59,836 nt of DNA, from positions 1 through 59,836 of IMG/VR virus record IMGVR_UViG_3300046791_000436; one strand, written 5' to 3'. Both the position numbers and the translations under genes were made by a program. Under the pieces are notes generated by a model. The model had not been told where the DNA came from. It searched no databases and saw only the letters and a program-made list of their open reading frames with translations. This stretch comes from a virus (taxonomy: Duplodnaviria; Caudoviricetes). Positions 7,546 through 16,764 of this stretch are shown piece by piece; within the stretch, counting starts at the first letter, position 1; each line of letters opens with the position of its first letter.

Positions 7546-9447
7546 ATGACAGATTTCGCAGAGCGTTTGAAAGAGTTTCGTTCGATGCTCCCTGACGGAG
7601 AGACGAGAACGATCTCAGATCCTCTAGGGCAGAACGTCCCTCTTCCTTGGAAGGTTGACGATCTTCGCCAGGCTTTCGACCTCGCGCTGGAAGCCCTTCA
7701 CCGCCCCTCGGCGAAGCTGCGTCGGGCGGCGCAGATGCTCTGCGTCGAGTGGAACGATGCGCCCACCGGGACGAACGCCGTCCACTTCCTCGACAAGCAC
7801 ACGGCGATCCTCGCCTCCGCGCTCGCCGAGCCCGACGCGCCGCGTGACGAGGCGGGGCTGCTGCGGAAGCTGCGGGAGTGGCTAGTGAAGCGCGGAGATC
7901 GCTCCAATCCTGACAACTGGGCGCTCCTCGGAGAGACGGCTCGCGGCATGGAGACAGGGCGACTGCTCCTGTGGAGTCACACCGTTGAGGAAGTCGACCG
8001 CCTCCTCGCCTCGGCGCCCGAGCCCGTCGCGTCGCCCGAGAAGCCGCCCGCCACCGAACCGCCGATCGCGGGTGAGCCTCGCCGCTACAAACTGCGCATC
8101 GACCGACTCGACTTTACCGTTGCTCACGGCGTCAAGGTCACGGTCGACGACGCGATCAAGATGGCTGGCAAGAACCCGGAGACGCACACGCTCTACGAAC
8201 GCGGGCGTCGCGGCGAGCCGGACGACATCCTCGATCTTGGATGGGGTGAGTTGAACATCTACGACGAGCAGGCGACCTACTACACCGCGCCGAAGATCAT
8301 CAGCGGGAGCAGCACCGAACCGCCGATCGCGGGTGCGTCCGACGCGCTACGGGATGCTGCGCAACGCCTCGTTGACGGTTGCAATAGCGATGGGTGGTTC
8401 ACTCGTGCGACGCGCGAATGGACGAGGATCATCGCAGACCTCCGCGCCGCCCTCGCGCTCAAGGCGCCGCCGGCTGGCGAGGTCACGCCGGTTCCGCAAG
8501 GTGGGTTCGACGACATTGCCGCGGCGGTCAAGGCGGCGCGCGAGTGCTGGTCGATGGACCTGACCGACGACGCGCGGCGACGCGCTCGCGGGCACTGGAT
8601 GCCGGAACTGCTCGCTGCCATCGCCGCCGCCGAGTCGGAGCGCGACGCGGCGCGGAAGGAAGTCGTCCGCCTCGGCAAAGCGTGGGACGAGGATCGCGGC
8701 GACCTTTGCGACATCGGCATCGCGCTCGGCGTTGTGGTTCCTGAGCGCATGCGCGAGGTGAAGCCGGCCGTCGACAAGCTTCGCGCCGAACTCGCCGCCT
8801 CGCGGAAGCCGGCGCCGGTCGATGCGAAGCGAGTCGCCAAGATCGCGGCAATGGAGAAGGCGATGTTGTCCACGGTCTACAGCGGCGACTCCGAGCTTCG
8901 TCTCGTCACCAGGAACGAGATCCGCAAGGCCGTCGAGATGATGATGTCGGCTCCAGGCACCGCCCCCGAGCAGGCGAGGCGCGAGTTGCGGGAGCGAGTC
9001 GAAGCCGAGCCGGTGGCGACCGGATGGAATGACAAGCAGCACGTCGATGAACGCAAGCGAGTGCTCGCCCTCATCGACGCCATGCCGGTCGAGCCGCGCG
9101 CCGAGGCGGTGGCGGTTGACCCCGAGGTGATGGCGTGGGCGGAAGCTGACGCCTACGACTTCGATCTGAGCACCGAGATCGAGTCCCACGAACGATGCCA
9201 GCGAGCGAAGGCGGCGAAGTTCATCCTCTCGCTCCCCGCAGGCGCCCCGCCCTCCCCACCGCCCGAGAAGGCCGATGGGCGGCTGGAGGCGGCGATGGAG
9301 AAGCTGCGCAGCGTGGGCTTCGCGAAAAGCACTGGGGTAGTTGGCAACCTCGGGCTCGCCTTCACCCACGTCGATGAGGACCAATGCCTGCTCCGCGACG
9401 CCGTGCTGGCGCTGCACGACCGCATCGCGGCGAAGGAGGGAAAGTAG
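7546..9447 (+). CDS. Large mosaic protein with an internal putative ubiquitin-like (multi-ubiquitin type) domain
   Basis: Long ORF of helical segments with Pro/Ala linkers. The segment YKLRID...MAGKNPETHTLY...YYTAPKIISG resembles bacterial multi-ubiquitin beta-grasp domains. Confidence 0.6.
   Translation: MTDFAERLKEFRSMLPDGETRTISDPLGQNVPLPWKVDDLRQAFDLALEALHRPSAKLRRAAQMLCVEWNDAPTGTNAVHFLDKHTAILASALAEPDAPRDEAGLLRKLREWLVKRGDRSNPDNWALLGETARGMETGRLLLWSHTVEEVDRLLASAPEPVASPEKPPATEPPIAGEPRRYKLRIDRLDFTVAHGVKVTVDDAIKMAGKNPETHTLYERGRRGEPDDILDLGWGELNIYDEQATYYTAPKIISGSSTEPPIAGASDALRDAAQRLVDGCNSDGWFTRATREWTRIIADLRAALALKAPPAGEVTPVPQGGFDDIAAAVKAARECWSMDLTDDARRRARGHWMPELLAAIAAAESERDAARKEVVRLGKAWDEDRGDLCDIGIALGVVVPERMREVKPAVDKLRAELAASRKPAPVDAKRVAKIAAMEKAMLSTVYSGDSELRLVTRNEIRKAVEMMMSAPGTAPEQARRELRERVEAEPVATGWNDKQHVDERKRVLALIDAMPVEPRAEAVAVDPEVMAWAEADAYDFDLSTEIESHERCQRAKAAKFILSLPAGAPPSPPPEKADGRLEAAMEKLRSVGFAKSTGVVGNLGLAFTHVDEDQCLLRDAVLALHDRIAAKEGK
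8052..8335 (+). repeat. 23-bp direct repeat pair flanking an in-frame domain
   Basis: CACCGAACCGCCGATCGCGGGTG at 8052-8074 and 8313-8335. Confidence 0.9.
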
Positions 9448-9449
9448 CC

Positions 9450-9842
9450 ATGGGCAAGGCAACGATCACGCACCTCGGATGCGTCGGTCACTTCATCTGT
9501 GCGAGCGACTGCCAATTCCGTCGGCACACGCAGGTCGATGGTCCTGGCGGTCACTTCCGCGTCTCGACGGTGGGCGACTTCTACTACAAGCACGAGAAGA
9601 ACGGCAAGAGGCAGACGCTCGGAGCCGGCGCCGACTCATTCTTTGAAACGATGGTGTTCGAGACTACCTCGAAGCCTGCGGACGGAGACAGGAACGAAGG
9701 CTGCGGATGCCATGAGGTCGTGGAGTTCTGCGAGATCGACAGCGAGCGATACGCGACGGCTGGCGCCGCGCAGGCAGGCCACGAGAAGTTTGTCGCGATG
9801 TTTGCGAAGCGCGTCGCGGCGAAGCCGGCGGGAGGGGCGTAG
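9450..9842 (+). CDS. Hypothetical phage protein
   Basis: GGAGGG SD; GHFICASDCQFRRHT, VSTVG and FETMVF segments. Confidence 0.7.
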   Translation: MGKATITHLGCVGHFICASDCQFRRHTQVDGPGGHFRVSTVGDFYYKHEKNGKRQTLGAGADSFFETMVFETTSKPADGDRNEGCGCHEVVEFCEIDSERYATAGAAQAGHEKFVAMFAKRVAAKPAGGA

Positions 9843-9844
9843 CC

Positions 9845-10042
9845 ATGGCGAAGTATCCGAAGGGCGCTGCTAAGGTGCGATGCGGCGACTGGTGGGAGCG
9901 AAGATCGCAGGGCAAGCGTTACGTCAACTCGCGCGGGCAGTGTTCGCGGTGGACGTGGCACCCGTCAGGCTGCTGCTCGGCGCACCGCTATCCGTGGCGC
10001 GAGAACCGCAACAGCAACGCGAAGAAGGAGCCAACGCCATGA
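9845..10042 (+). CDS. Small Cys/His-containing protein
   Basis: GGAGG SD; C..C..CCSAH pattern. Confidence 0.55.
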   Translation: MAKYPKGAAKVRCGDWWERRSQGKRYVNSRGQCSRWTWHPSGCCSAHRYPWRENRNSNAKKEPTP

Positions 10043-10269
10043 CCAAGACCAAGAAGCCGAAGCGCGTGCGGATGCGGGCGGTAATACGATTCGCGCTCGT
10101 ACATCTGGACTGGGGGTTCGACGGGCAGATCCCTTTCGATCGAACGATCAACGACGCGCTGCGCAGCCGTGAGCATCTTCTTGCGAACCCGCGATGGAGA
10201 CTCGTCAAGGCGACGTTCCGCGAGGTCCAAGCCAAGCCGGCGCGCGGCAATCGGAGGAAGGCGAAGTGA
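10039..10269 (+). CDS. Small basic hypothetical protein
   Basis: AAGGAG SD; ATGA coupling. Confidence 0.55.
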   Translation: MTKTKKPKRVRMRAVIRFALVHLDWGFDGQIPFDRTINDALRSREHLLANPRWRLVKATFREVQAKPARGNRRKAK

Positions 10270-10460
10270 GCGACGTTCCCGCCACCGTCATCGACAAGTC
10301 AGCGTGGGTCGACCTCAAGGAACTGGACGACCACGGCGAGAACCTGAGCCAGTGGGAGATCGACTTCGTGGAGAGCCTGCACGGATGGTTGCGCGCGGGC
10401 AGGATGCTCTCCGACAAGCAACGCGCGACCTTGGATCGCATTCGAGACGACAAGCTATGA
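10266..10460 (+). CDS. Small helical phage protein
   Basis: LSQWEIDFVESL...LSDKQRATLDRI; GTGA coupling. Confidence 0.65.
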   Translation: MSDVPATVIDKSAWVDLKELDDHGENLSQWEIDFVESLHGWLRAGRMLSDKQRATLDRIRDDKL

Positions 10461-10669
10461 CCGAAGTAACATCCGACGCGCCGAGCGCAAATCCCATCAT
10501 GCGTTTCTTCGCCTTCGCCCACCTTCCTGACCATCTCAAGCTGGTCAGTGGAGAGGTATTCCGCTTGGCGTGCTCGATGGACGCCTTGCTTCCCAACGGC
10601 GCTGAGAAGTCGGCCGGGCTCCGCAAGCTGCTGGAGGCGAAGGACTGCTTCGTGCGAGCCGCGTTGTGA
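10457..10669 (+). CDS. Small helical-hairpin protein, possibly Acb2/Tad1-like
   Basis: IMRFFAFAHLP.HL and AEKSAGLRKLLEAKDCFVRA. The fold assignment is inference. Confidence 0.55.
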   Translation: MTEVTSDAPSANPIMRFFAFAHLPDHLKLVSGEVFRLACSMDALLPNGAEKSAGLRKLLEAKDCFVRAAL

Positions 10670-11070
10670 ACCGCCTCGACGAACTCGACGCGCTCCACGC
10701 GGCTGCGACGCCGGGAGAGTGGTCGTGCGATGGCCATGGCGGGATCCAGATGGACGGCACGCGCGACGGCTACGACATCTTCCACGGACCGATTTGCGTG
10801 GCGCGCACACCGATCGGTGCGGGCAACGGTCGCAAGCAGAAGCGCGACGACTTCGCGGCCATCGTCGCACTCCGCAACTCGTGGCCCGAGATCGCGCGGG
10901 CGCTGCGTGCCGCTGCGGCGCTTCGCACGAAGTGCAGAATGGACTGCAACAGCGGGTTCGGCATTCGCGAGGGGTGGGTTCAGGTTCGTCAAGCCCACTA
11001 CGACGCGATGATCGACGCAATGATCGAGTGCGGAAAGGCGCTGGCGCCACTGACCAAGGAGAACGGATGA
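10666..11070 (+). CDS. Ead/Ea22-like protein
   Basis: N-terminal AAATPGEW and IVALRN motifs. Confidence 0.6.
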   Translation: MNRLDELDALHAAATPGEWSCDGHGGIQMDGTRDGYDIFHGPICVARTPIGAGNGRKQKRDDFAAIVALRNSWPEIARALRAAAALRTKCRMDCNSGFGIREGWVQVRQAHYDAMIDAMIECGKALAPLTKENG

Positions 11071-11231
11071 AAAAAGAGCCTGTATATTTCCTTGCTAGCG
11101 ACGGGCTTCCAGCAAGAAGAGACGCTGATCCTAAATGCAAGAAGTGCAATGGATACGGGATCCTTGACGATGGAGACTCTTTCGGCCCTGCGCTTGTTCC
11201 ATGCGAATGTTGCTCGAAGGAAAAGCCATGA
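11067..11231 (+). CDS. Small zinc-finger protein
   Basis: CKKCNGYG...PCECC. Confidence 0.55.
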   Translation: MKKEPVYFLASDGLPARRDADPKCKKCNGYGILDDGDSFGPALVPCECCSKEKP

Positions 11232-11515
11232 CCGTCTATGTTGACCAAGCTAGGCTACGTTTCGGTCGCATGCGAATGTCGCACATGCTGGCCGACACAG
11301 AAGAAGAACTGCATGCGATGGCCGAGAAGATCGGGCTGAAACGTGGTTGGTTCCAAGACAAGGCCTCAACACCTCACTACGACGTATGTCAAGCAACTCG
11401 AGAAAAAGCGATAGCCATGGGGGCTGTTGTAGCGGACAGGCGAAAAACAGTCGATCTGATCAGGAAGAAACGATCATCGGTATCGACTTCGCAAAAGGAA
11501 AAGACGAGACTGTAG
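11228..11515 (+). CDS. DUF4031-family protein
   Basis: MTVYVD, SHMLADTEEELHAMA, IGLKR.WFQ and HYDV signature. Confidence 0.8.
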   Translation: MTVYVDQARLRFGRMRMSHMLADTEEELHAMAEKIGLKRGWFQDKASTPHYDVCQATREKAIAMGAVVADRRKTVDLIRKKRSSVSTSQKEKTRL

Positions 11516-11727
11516 TTCTCCGAAAAACCTCAGAAGGTTTCGTTGTTCTCGATGAATACTGCAATATGACTCGCAAGCAGTTCCAGGCGCTCAGAGCCCG
11601 CATGGGCCTGCTTCCGTTGCACCTGGACCGCCACAGGAAGCACAAGGGCAAGCGCACGAGACCTCGGCTACGGCACTGCAGGTAGTGGCTTCCATTCCTC
11701 TCACCCCTCGCTACGGTTGCCCCTCCC

Positions 11728-14163
11728 ATGCTGCTAGCCTACGGGTCACGCTTCGCGTTGAAGTCCGTCACGCCTCTGCAGACCATCGAATGGAAACAGG
11801 CCTTCACTGACCAGTTCGACACCGACGCGCACGCTTGGCCCTACCTGCTACATGCTCCTGACGGGTCGATCGCGGTCCCGCAGATCCGGGTGCCGGTCAA
11901 GGAACCGGAGCGGGTGTTCTGCTACTTCGTCTTCCTCGACTACGACGGTCTGGACGCCTTCGACCACCTGCACAAGATCCCGCAGGACCACTTCCTCTGG
12001 CGCCCGTGCGCGATCTACAAGACGAAGGCCGGGATGCGCCTCGTCTACCGGCTCGAGGAGCCCGTCACAGCTGCCGAATACGGGCCGCTCGTCCGAGGCA
12101 TGGCCCTCGAGCTGTGGCATCGAACCTCCCTGCGTGTCGACCCGAGCACCGACCAGTGGACCCGGTGCTTCCGGCTCCCCAAAGTCACCCGCAGCGACGG
12201 CAAGGCCGACGGGCCGACGTGGTTGCAAGACTATTTCGTAGAGCCTGGGATCGGTGACGACACCCTGGACCCAGACGAGCTCCCGCGTCGAAAAGACAAG
12301 CTGCCCTGGGCAGCGACATTCAGCGCCCCGGTCGACACGGGCGACAAACCAGACCTCGACGAAGAACTGCACCCCGGTCGGCAGAAGCTCTACAAATCGC
12401 TGCTAAGGATCAGTCGTTTCCGATCCTACATCTTCGAAGACGCGCAGATTCTACCTGGACGAAGGGATCCTACTCTTTTAGCGATGGCAGGGGAGATCGT
12501 CAGCAAAGCGTTCAAGGGGGTTCCTGAATCCAGCGCAGTAGAGATCTTCCTTCTTCTCCTGCCTATCGTGATGCAGATGGAGAAGGATGCAGGGGAAGAA
12601 TGGCACGACAAGCTGTGGCGGATGGTGACCTACAGCTGGTCGCAGGAAGCAGGGAAAGAGGCAGAGAGGAAGAAGCAGCACGAGGAAGACTGCACAGCCA
12701 GAGACTTCGTCGTCGAGAAGATGCTCACGTTGCTGCCGGCAGAAGAGGTGCCGAACGACACGATCCCCCGCAGCGCGTTCGCTTCACGCCACTTCTGCTT
12801 GCAGACCGGTCGCGGTGCTTTCGTCGTGCAGAAGGATGGCACCTATTCGACCCAGGCACTGCAGACCAGCCAACTGCCGGCGCACTTCAACGAAGGCCTG
12901 CAGTTCCTGGTCGAGGGAGGCTTCCGCAAGTCCGATGGCGAGCCGATGAAAGGCCAACGCATCCTCGACGCCTACTCAACTAACGTCGACACAGTCGAGT
13001 ATGTGGCGGCCACGAAGCAGGAGACACGGCTGATAGGGATCGGGGAGAAGAGGGTGCTGCAGGTGACTCCTTTCTGCCTGCGTCCCGACCTCGTCGAACA
13101 GGCCGAACTGGATGCCGACATCGATGGGTGGCTCGAGACCTTCGATCGACCGATCTTGCTGAAGCGTTGGCTCGCCGCCAGCCTGGCTCTGCATCTCGGC
13201 GGCGTCGCGAGCCTCTACCTGCACGGCCCAGCTCGAGTCGGCAAGAGCATGCTCGCGCAAGGGGTAGCCGAGTGCTTTCACGCGCAACCTGTTCCTGGCG
13301 CTCAGGCCTTCAGTGAATACAACGGCGGGCTGTTCGACTCGCCAGTAGTGATGATCGACGAAGGGCTGCCGAATAGAACGAACGGGGTAGATACAGCGGA
13401 TATGTTCCGTTCGATGGTGACGGGCGGACCTGTGTCGGTGATGAAGAAGTATGGAAACGCGCTGGTCAGCAAGATCCCCTATCGGTTGGTGTTCACCGCG
13501 AACAGCTTCGACATGGTGCGGCAGTTGATAGGTCGAAGAACGATGGGGCCACAAGACCGTGACGCTTTCCGCGAGCGCATCCTCGTGATGGACACGGGCA
13601 GCAAGCCCGCCGAATATCTGGACAGCCGCGGCGCCATGGAGTTCACGCGCCACCACAAGAAGGGCAGCTGGATCGGCGGAGAGTGTCGACTAGCGAGACA
13701 CCTGATCAGGCTCTACCAGATGGCGTTCGAAGAGAGCGCTTTCTGCCGAGCAGGACGACTGCTCGTCGAAGGCGAAGCACATCCATCCTTCACCCTATCC
13801 TTCGACCTCTCGGGCGCGGGCAGGGACGTAGTCGACGATCTGACGGGAGACATCAAGAAGAGGAATGATAATACAGCTGTTGGGCTCGATCTGATGAAAG
13901 CGTTGGAGATCACAGACGGGAGAGTGTGGGTGAAGAAACGCCCCTATTGCAAGTTCTCCTGCAGTAGGTCTGGCAACCGGAACACGGACGGATACACCGT
14001 TGCTTTGGAAAGGTTCCTTTCCCCTACCATCCGATCTTCGCCCAACGACATGACCACACAGACGCTGGTAGATATGCAGAAGCTGATTTTCTGCGCGCAG
14101 GCAGAAGGGTTGGACTACAAGTCTCTGGAGATCCTGCAGAAGAAAGCAGCGGGGGTCGCATGA
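11728..14163 (+). CDS. Primase-polymerase (AEP-like) fused to P-loop helicase
   Basis: FLDYD, YKTKAGMRL and RCFRLP primase motifs; Walker A GPARVGKS, Walker B VMIDE, sensor FTAN. Confidence 0.85.
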   Translation: MLLAYGSRFALKSVTPLQTIEWKQAFTDQFDTDAHAWPYLLHAPDGSIAVPQIRVPVKEPERVFCYFVFLDYDGLDAFDHLHKIPQDHFLWRPCAIYKTKAGMRLVYRLEEPVTAAEYGPLVRGMALELWHRTSLRVDPSTDQWTRCFRLPKVTRSDGKADGPTWLQDYFVEPGIGDDTLDPDELPRRKDKLPWAATFSAPVDTGDKPDLDEELHPGRQKLYKSLLRISRFRSYIFEDAQILPGRRDPTLLAMAGEIVSKAFKGVPESSAVEIFLLLLPIVMQMEKDAGEEWHDKLWRMVTYSWSQEAGKEAERKKQHEEDCTARDFVVEKMLTLLPAEEVPNDTIPRSAFASRHFCLQTGRGAFVVQKDGTYSTQALQTSQLPAHFNEGLQFLVEGGFRKSDGEPMKGQRILDAYSTNVDTVEYVAATKQETRLIGIGEKRVLQVTPFCLRPDLVEQAELDADIDGWLETFDRPILLKRWLAASLALHLGGVASLYLHGPARVGKSMLAQGVAECFHAQPVPGAQAFSEYNGGLFDSPVVMIDEGLPNRTNGVDTADMFRSMVTGGPVSVMKKYGNALVSKIPYRLVFTANSFDMVRQLIGRRTMGPQDRDAFRERILVMDTGSKPAEYLDSRGAMEFTRHHKKGSWIGGECRLARHLIRLYQMAFEESAFCRAGRLLVEGEAHPSFTLSFDLSGAGRDVVDDLTGDIKKRNDNTAVGLDLMKALEITDGRVWVKKRPYCKFSCSRSGNRNTDGYTVALERFLSPTIRSSPNDMTTQTLVDMQKLIFCAQAEGLDYKSLEILQKKAAGVA

Positions 14164-16031
14164 AGGTCTCGATCTCGGAACTCGAGCACATCATCGACGA
14201 GGATACGAAGTGCTATCGCCGTTGGTATTTCCTGAAGAAGCTGAAGCTCCCGGTCTTCAAGAAGGCCTACTTCGGGATCGGCAGCGTGCTGCACGGATGC
14301 TGCGAACGCTATCTACTCGGTGCTGACGACCCGTTCGCCGTAGGCTGGGACATCGATCCCGACAGCAAGAAGAGGATCGCTCCGGGGGATGCTTCTCTCG
14401 TGCGCTTGCTCGTCGAGAAGGGCATCGAAGCCGGCTACCTCGAGCGTCGGCCAGGGCAGCGAGTAGAGCAGTGGTTCACGATCGAAGTCGACGGACACCA
14501 GTTCGTCGGCAAGAAGGATGTGGAGTCCCCGGCGCGCATCGAAGACCACAAGACCAGCAAGAACACGCGCTACCTGAAGAGCAAGGAGAAGCTCAAGAAG
14601 AACGCGCAGCTGCTGTCCTACGCCTACGAACAGCTGGTCCAGACCAGGAAGCGCGGTGAGATGGATCCGCGCATCTTCACGCTGGTCCACAACCAGTTCG
14701 TCACCGATCGAGAGGCCCCCGAAGTGCGCCGTCGCGAGGTCGAAGTCACTCCGGAAGAGATTGATCACTTCTGGAACACGGTCATTCGTCCTGGGATCAA
14801 GAAGATCGAAGAACTTTCGCAAGTCGAAGATCCGTGGACGATTCCAGACCCCGACAAGAAGGCTTGCGAATCCTACGGGGGATGCCCGTTCCTTACTTTG
14901 TGTTCTGGATCCGAGGAGATCTTGACCTACTCGGCCAGAATCACTAACATGCTGAAGCAACAACCCATGGCAAACGTTCAAGACTTTTTGAAGGCCCGCG
15001 CTGGCGGGGTCCCCCCAGCTTCGGCCGCTCCGGCGGTCAACCCCCCCTCGAACGGCACGCCAGCTCCCGCAGCTGCTCCCGCCCCGAACAAGCCAGCCGC
15101 ACCGCCTTGGGCAGTGTCGAACTGCGGGCTCTGCTCGACCACGGCGACGCCTGGCTTCAAGCCCGGCAAGGGCACACCGTGCCGGATCTGCGTGTCGATC
15201 AGCAAGGTCTCGCTGCTCGACTACGAGTGGAAGATCGAAGCCGACGGCAAGGTGACGTGGTGGAAGAAGGGAGAGCAGGTCGCCGAGACGCCTCCCCCGC
15301 CCCCGGTCGAGGACAAGGGCTCGAAGGCCGCCTACACGGTCGACGCGCTCTACGCCAAGCTGAAGGAAGCGAAGACGATCGAAAGGGTCGTCGAGATCAT
15401 CAAGGAAGCCGAAGGCGTGCTCGGCGTCGGCAGCACGGACTTCGCGACGTTCTCCGCGACCGCAGACGCGAGGATGGAGACGATCGAGGTGGAGCCGGAA
15501 CCTTCGCCGAAGCCGACCACCGCTGCCGAGGTCACCCAAATGATCGACGCGCAGATGCCGAAGATCCTGGCCAATCAACCACCGCTGACGGCAGCGTCGA
15601 CTGTAGCGCCCGTAGCGCCCGTAGCGCCCGCACCCGAGGTGCCGCCCAAGAGGAAGCGTGGTCGTCCGAGGGCTGCGGCGCTTCCTGTGGCTGCCCGCGA
15701 CGGACAGCAGGACGAGAACGGCGACGACGTGCTCTCGGTCGTCGGCTTCGTGCTGCTCCTGGGCTGCCAGCCGATTGGCGGCACGAGCTTCCCCGAGATG
15801 AAGGTGCTGTTCGCCGAAGCCCTGCTGACCAACATCCCAGGCTACTGGGCGAACGACAACGTCTTCGAACGCCGGCAGCAGCTTCGCAAGGCCTTCACCG
15901 AAGACAGCAAGATGGTCGAAGGTCTGGACGGGCACGTCATCGTCCAGCAAGGCCGCGACCCGGACGTGGACAACCTCATGAGCACGCTGCTGTGCTGCAA
16001 GCCGGCTCTCGTGCTGCGGGGGACGGTGTGA
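14160..16031 (+). CDS. PD-(D/E)XK (RecB/Cas4-like) nuclease with long C-terminal extension
   Basis: CYRRWYF, GSVLH, GKKD...IEDHKT, QLLSY and C...GCPF..LC. The extension holds Pro/Ala linkers, CxxC pairs and an AT-hook KRGRPR. Confidence 0.85.
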   Translation: MKVSISELEHIIDEDTKCYRRWYFLKKLKLPVFKKAYFGIGSVLHGCCERYLLGADDPFAVGWDIDPDSKKRIAPGDASLVRLLVEKGIEAGYLERRPGQRVEQWFTIEVDGHQFVGKKDVESPARIEDHKTSKNTRYLKSKEKLKKNAQLLSYAYEQLVQTRKRGEMDPRIFTLVHNQFVTDREAPEVRRREVEVTPEEIDHFWNTVIRPGIKKIEELSQVEDPWTIPDPDKKACESYGGCPFLTLCSGSEEILTYSARITNMLKQQPMANVQDFLKARAGGVPPASAAPAVNPPSNGTPAPAAAPAPNKPAAPPWAVSNCGLCSTTATPGFKPGKGTPCRICVSISKVSLLDYEWKIEADGKVTWWKKGEQVAETPPPPPVEDKGSKAAYTVDALYAKLKEAKTIERVVEIIKEAEGVLGVGSTDFATFSATADARMETIEVEPEPSPKPTTAAEVTQMIDAQMPKILANQPPLTAASTVAPVAPVAPAPEVPPKRKRGRPRAAALPVAARDGQQDENGDDVLSVVGFVLLLGCQPIGGTSFPEMKVLFAEALLTNIPGYWANDNVFERRQQLRKAFTEDSKMVEGLDGHVIVQQGRDPDVDNLMSTLLCCKPALVLRGTV

Positions 16032-16218
16032 TCACCGACCGTATGCGGGTCCGTGCTTACATGAAGCTGCACGGGTTCGAAACCCTAGATGACTTCTCTC
16101 CTGAAGTGACTCTGCTTTCCTGCCCTCTTTCGGACGAGATCTCGGGTATGGAGTGCCAAGAGATGTGGGAGAACATCTGTGCCTTCGATCCTGAAGCAGA
16201 GAACATGACGGTGGAAGA

Positions 16219-16764
16219 ATGAACAACCACCTGATGCTGGATCTCGAGACGTTCGGAACGTCTCGGGATGCTGCGATCGTCTCGATCGGAGCTGTCTGGT
16301 TTGATCCCTTCGGAGAAGGTGTTGGACAGCAGCTCGACGCAAAGATCGACTTCGCGAGCAGAAACATTGGCAGGCCAGACGTAGCCACCGTCGTGTGGTG
16401 GTTGCAGCAAAACCAGGAAGTTCAAACAGCCTTGCTCAGTGGATTCCGTGTCCACCTAGACAAAGCCTTACACAGCTTCTGCGAGCGCGTCGAGCTTGAA
16501 GGCCAAGTCGAAGGTTTTTGGTCGAACGGTCCGATGTTCGACGAGGCCCTCCTCCGCAGCGCGTTCGAGCGGTGTGAGATCGCCTGGCCAAAGCTGATTA
16601 GCTTCCGTGCTTCGCGCGACTTCCGCACGATCGTCCAAGTCGGCCAGATGTTCGGCATCCAGAGAACGCCAAGCGATCAGATCAAGCACGATGCTCTTGC
16701 TGACGCGATCGATCAGGCCAGCTATGTGCAGAAGGTGTTCAGGAGGCTTCATGCCCTCCGCTGA
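16219..16764 (+). CDS. DEDDh 3'-5' exonuclease
   Basis: MLDLETFG, IVSIGAV, WSNG.MFD, RDFRT and HDALADA. Confidence 0.9.
   Translation: MNNHLMLDLETFGTSRDAAIVSIGAVWFDPFGEGVGQQLDAKIDFASRNIGRPDVATVVWWLQQNQEVQTALLSGFRVHLDKALHSFCERVELEGQVEGFWSNGPMFDEALLRSAFERCEIAWPKLISFRASRDFRTIVQVGQMFGIQRTPSDQIKHDALADAIDQASYVQKVFRRLHALR

Noticed and set aside
14160-14950. CRISPR-associated Cas4 locus
   Set aside because: No array or other cas genes; stand-alone PD-(D/E)XK nucleases are routine in phage replication blocks.
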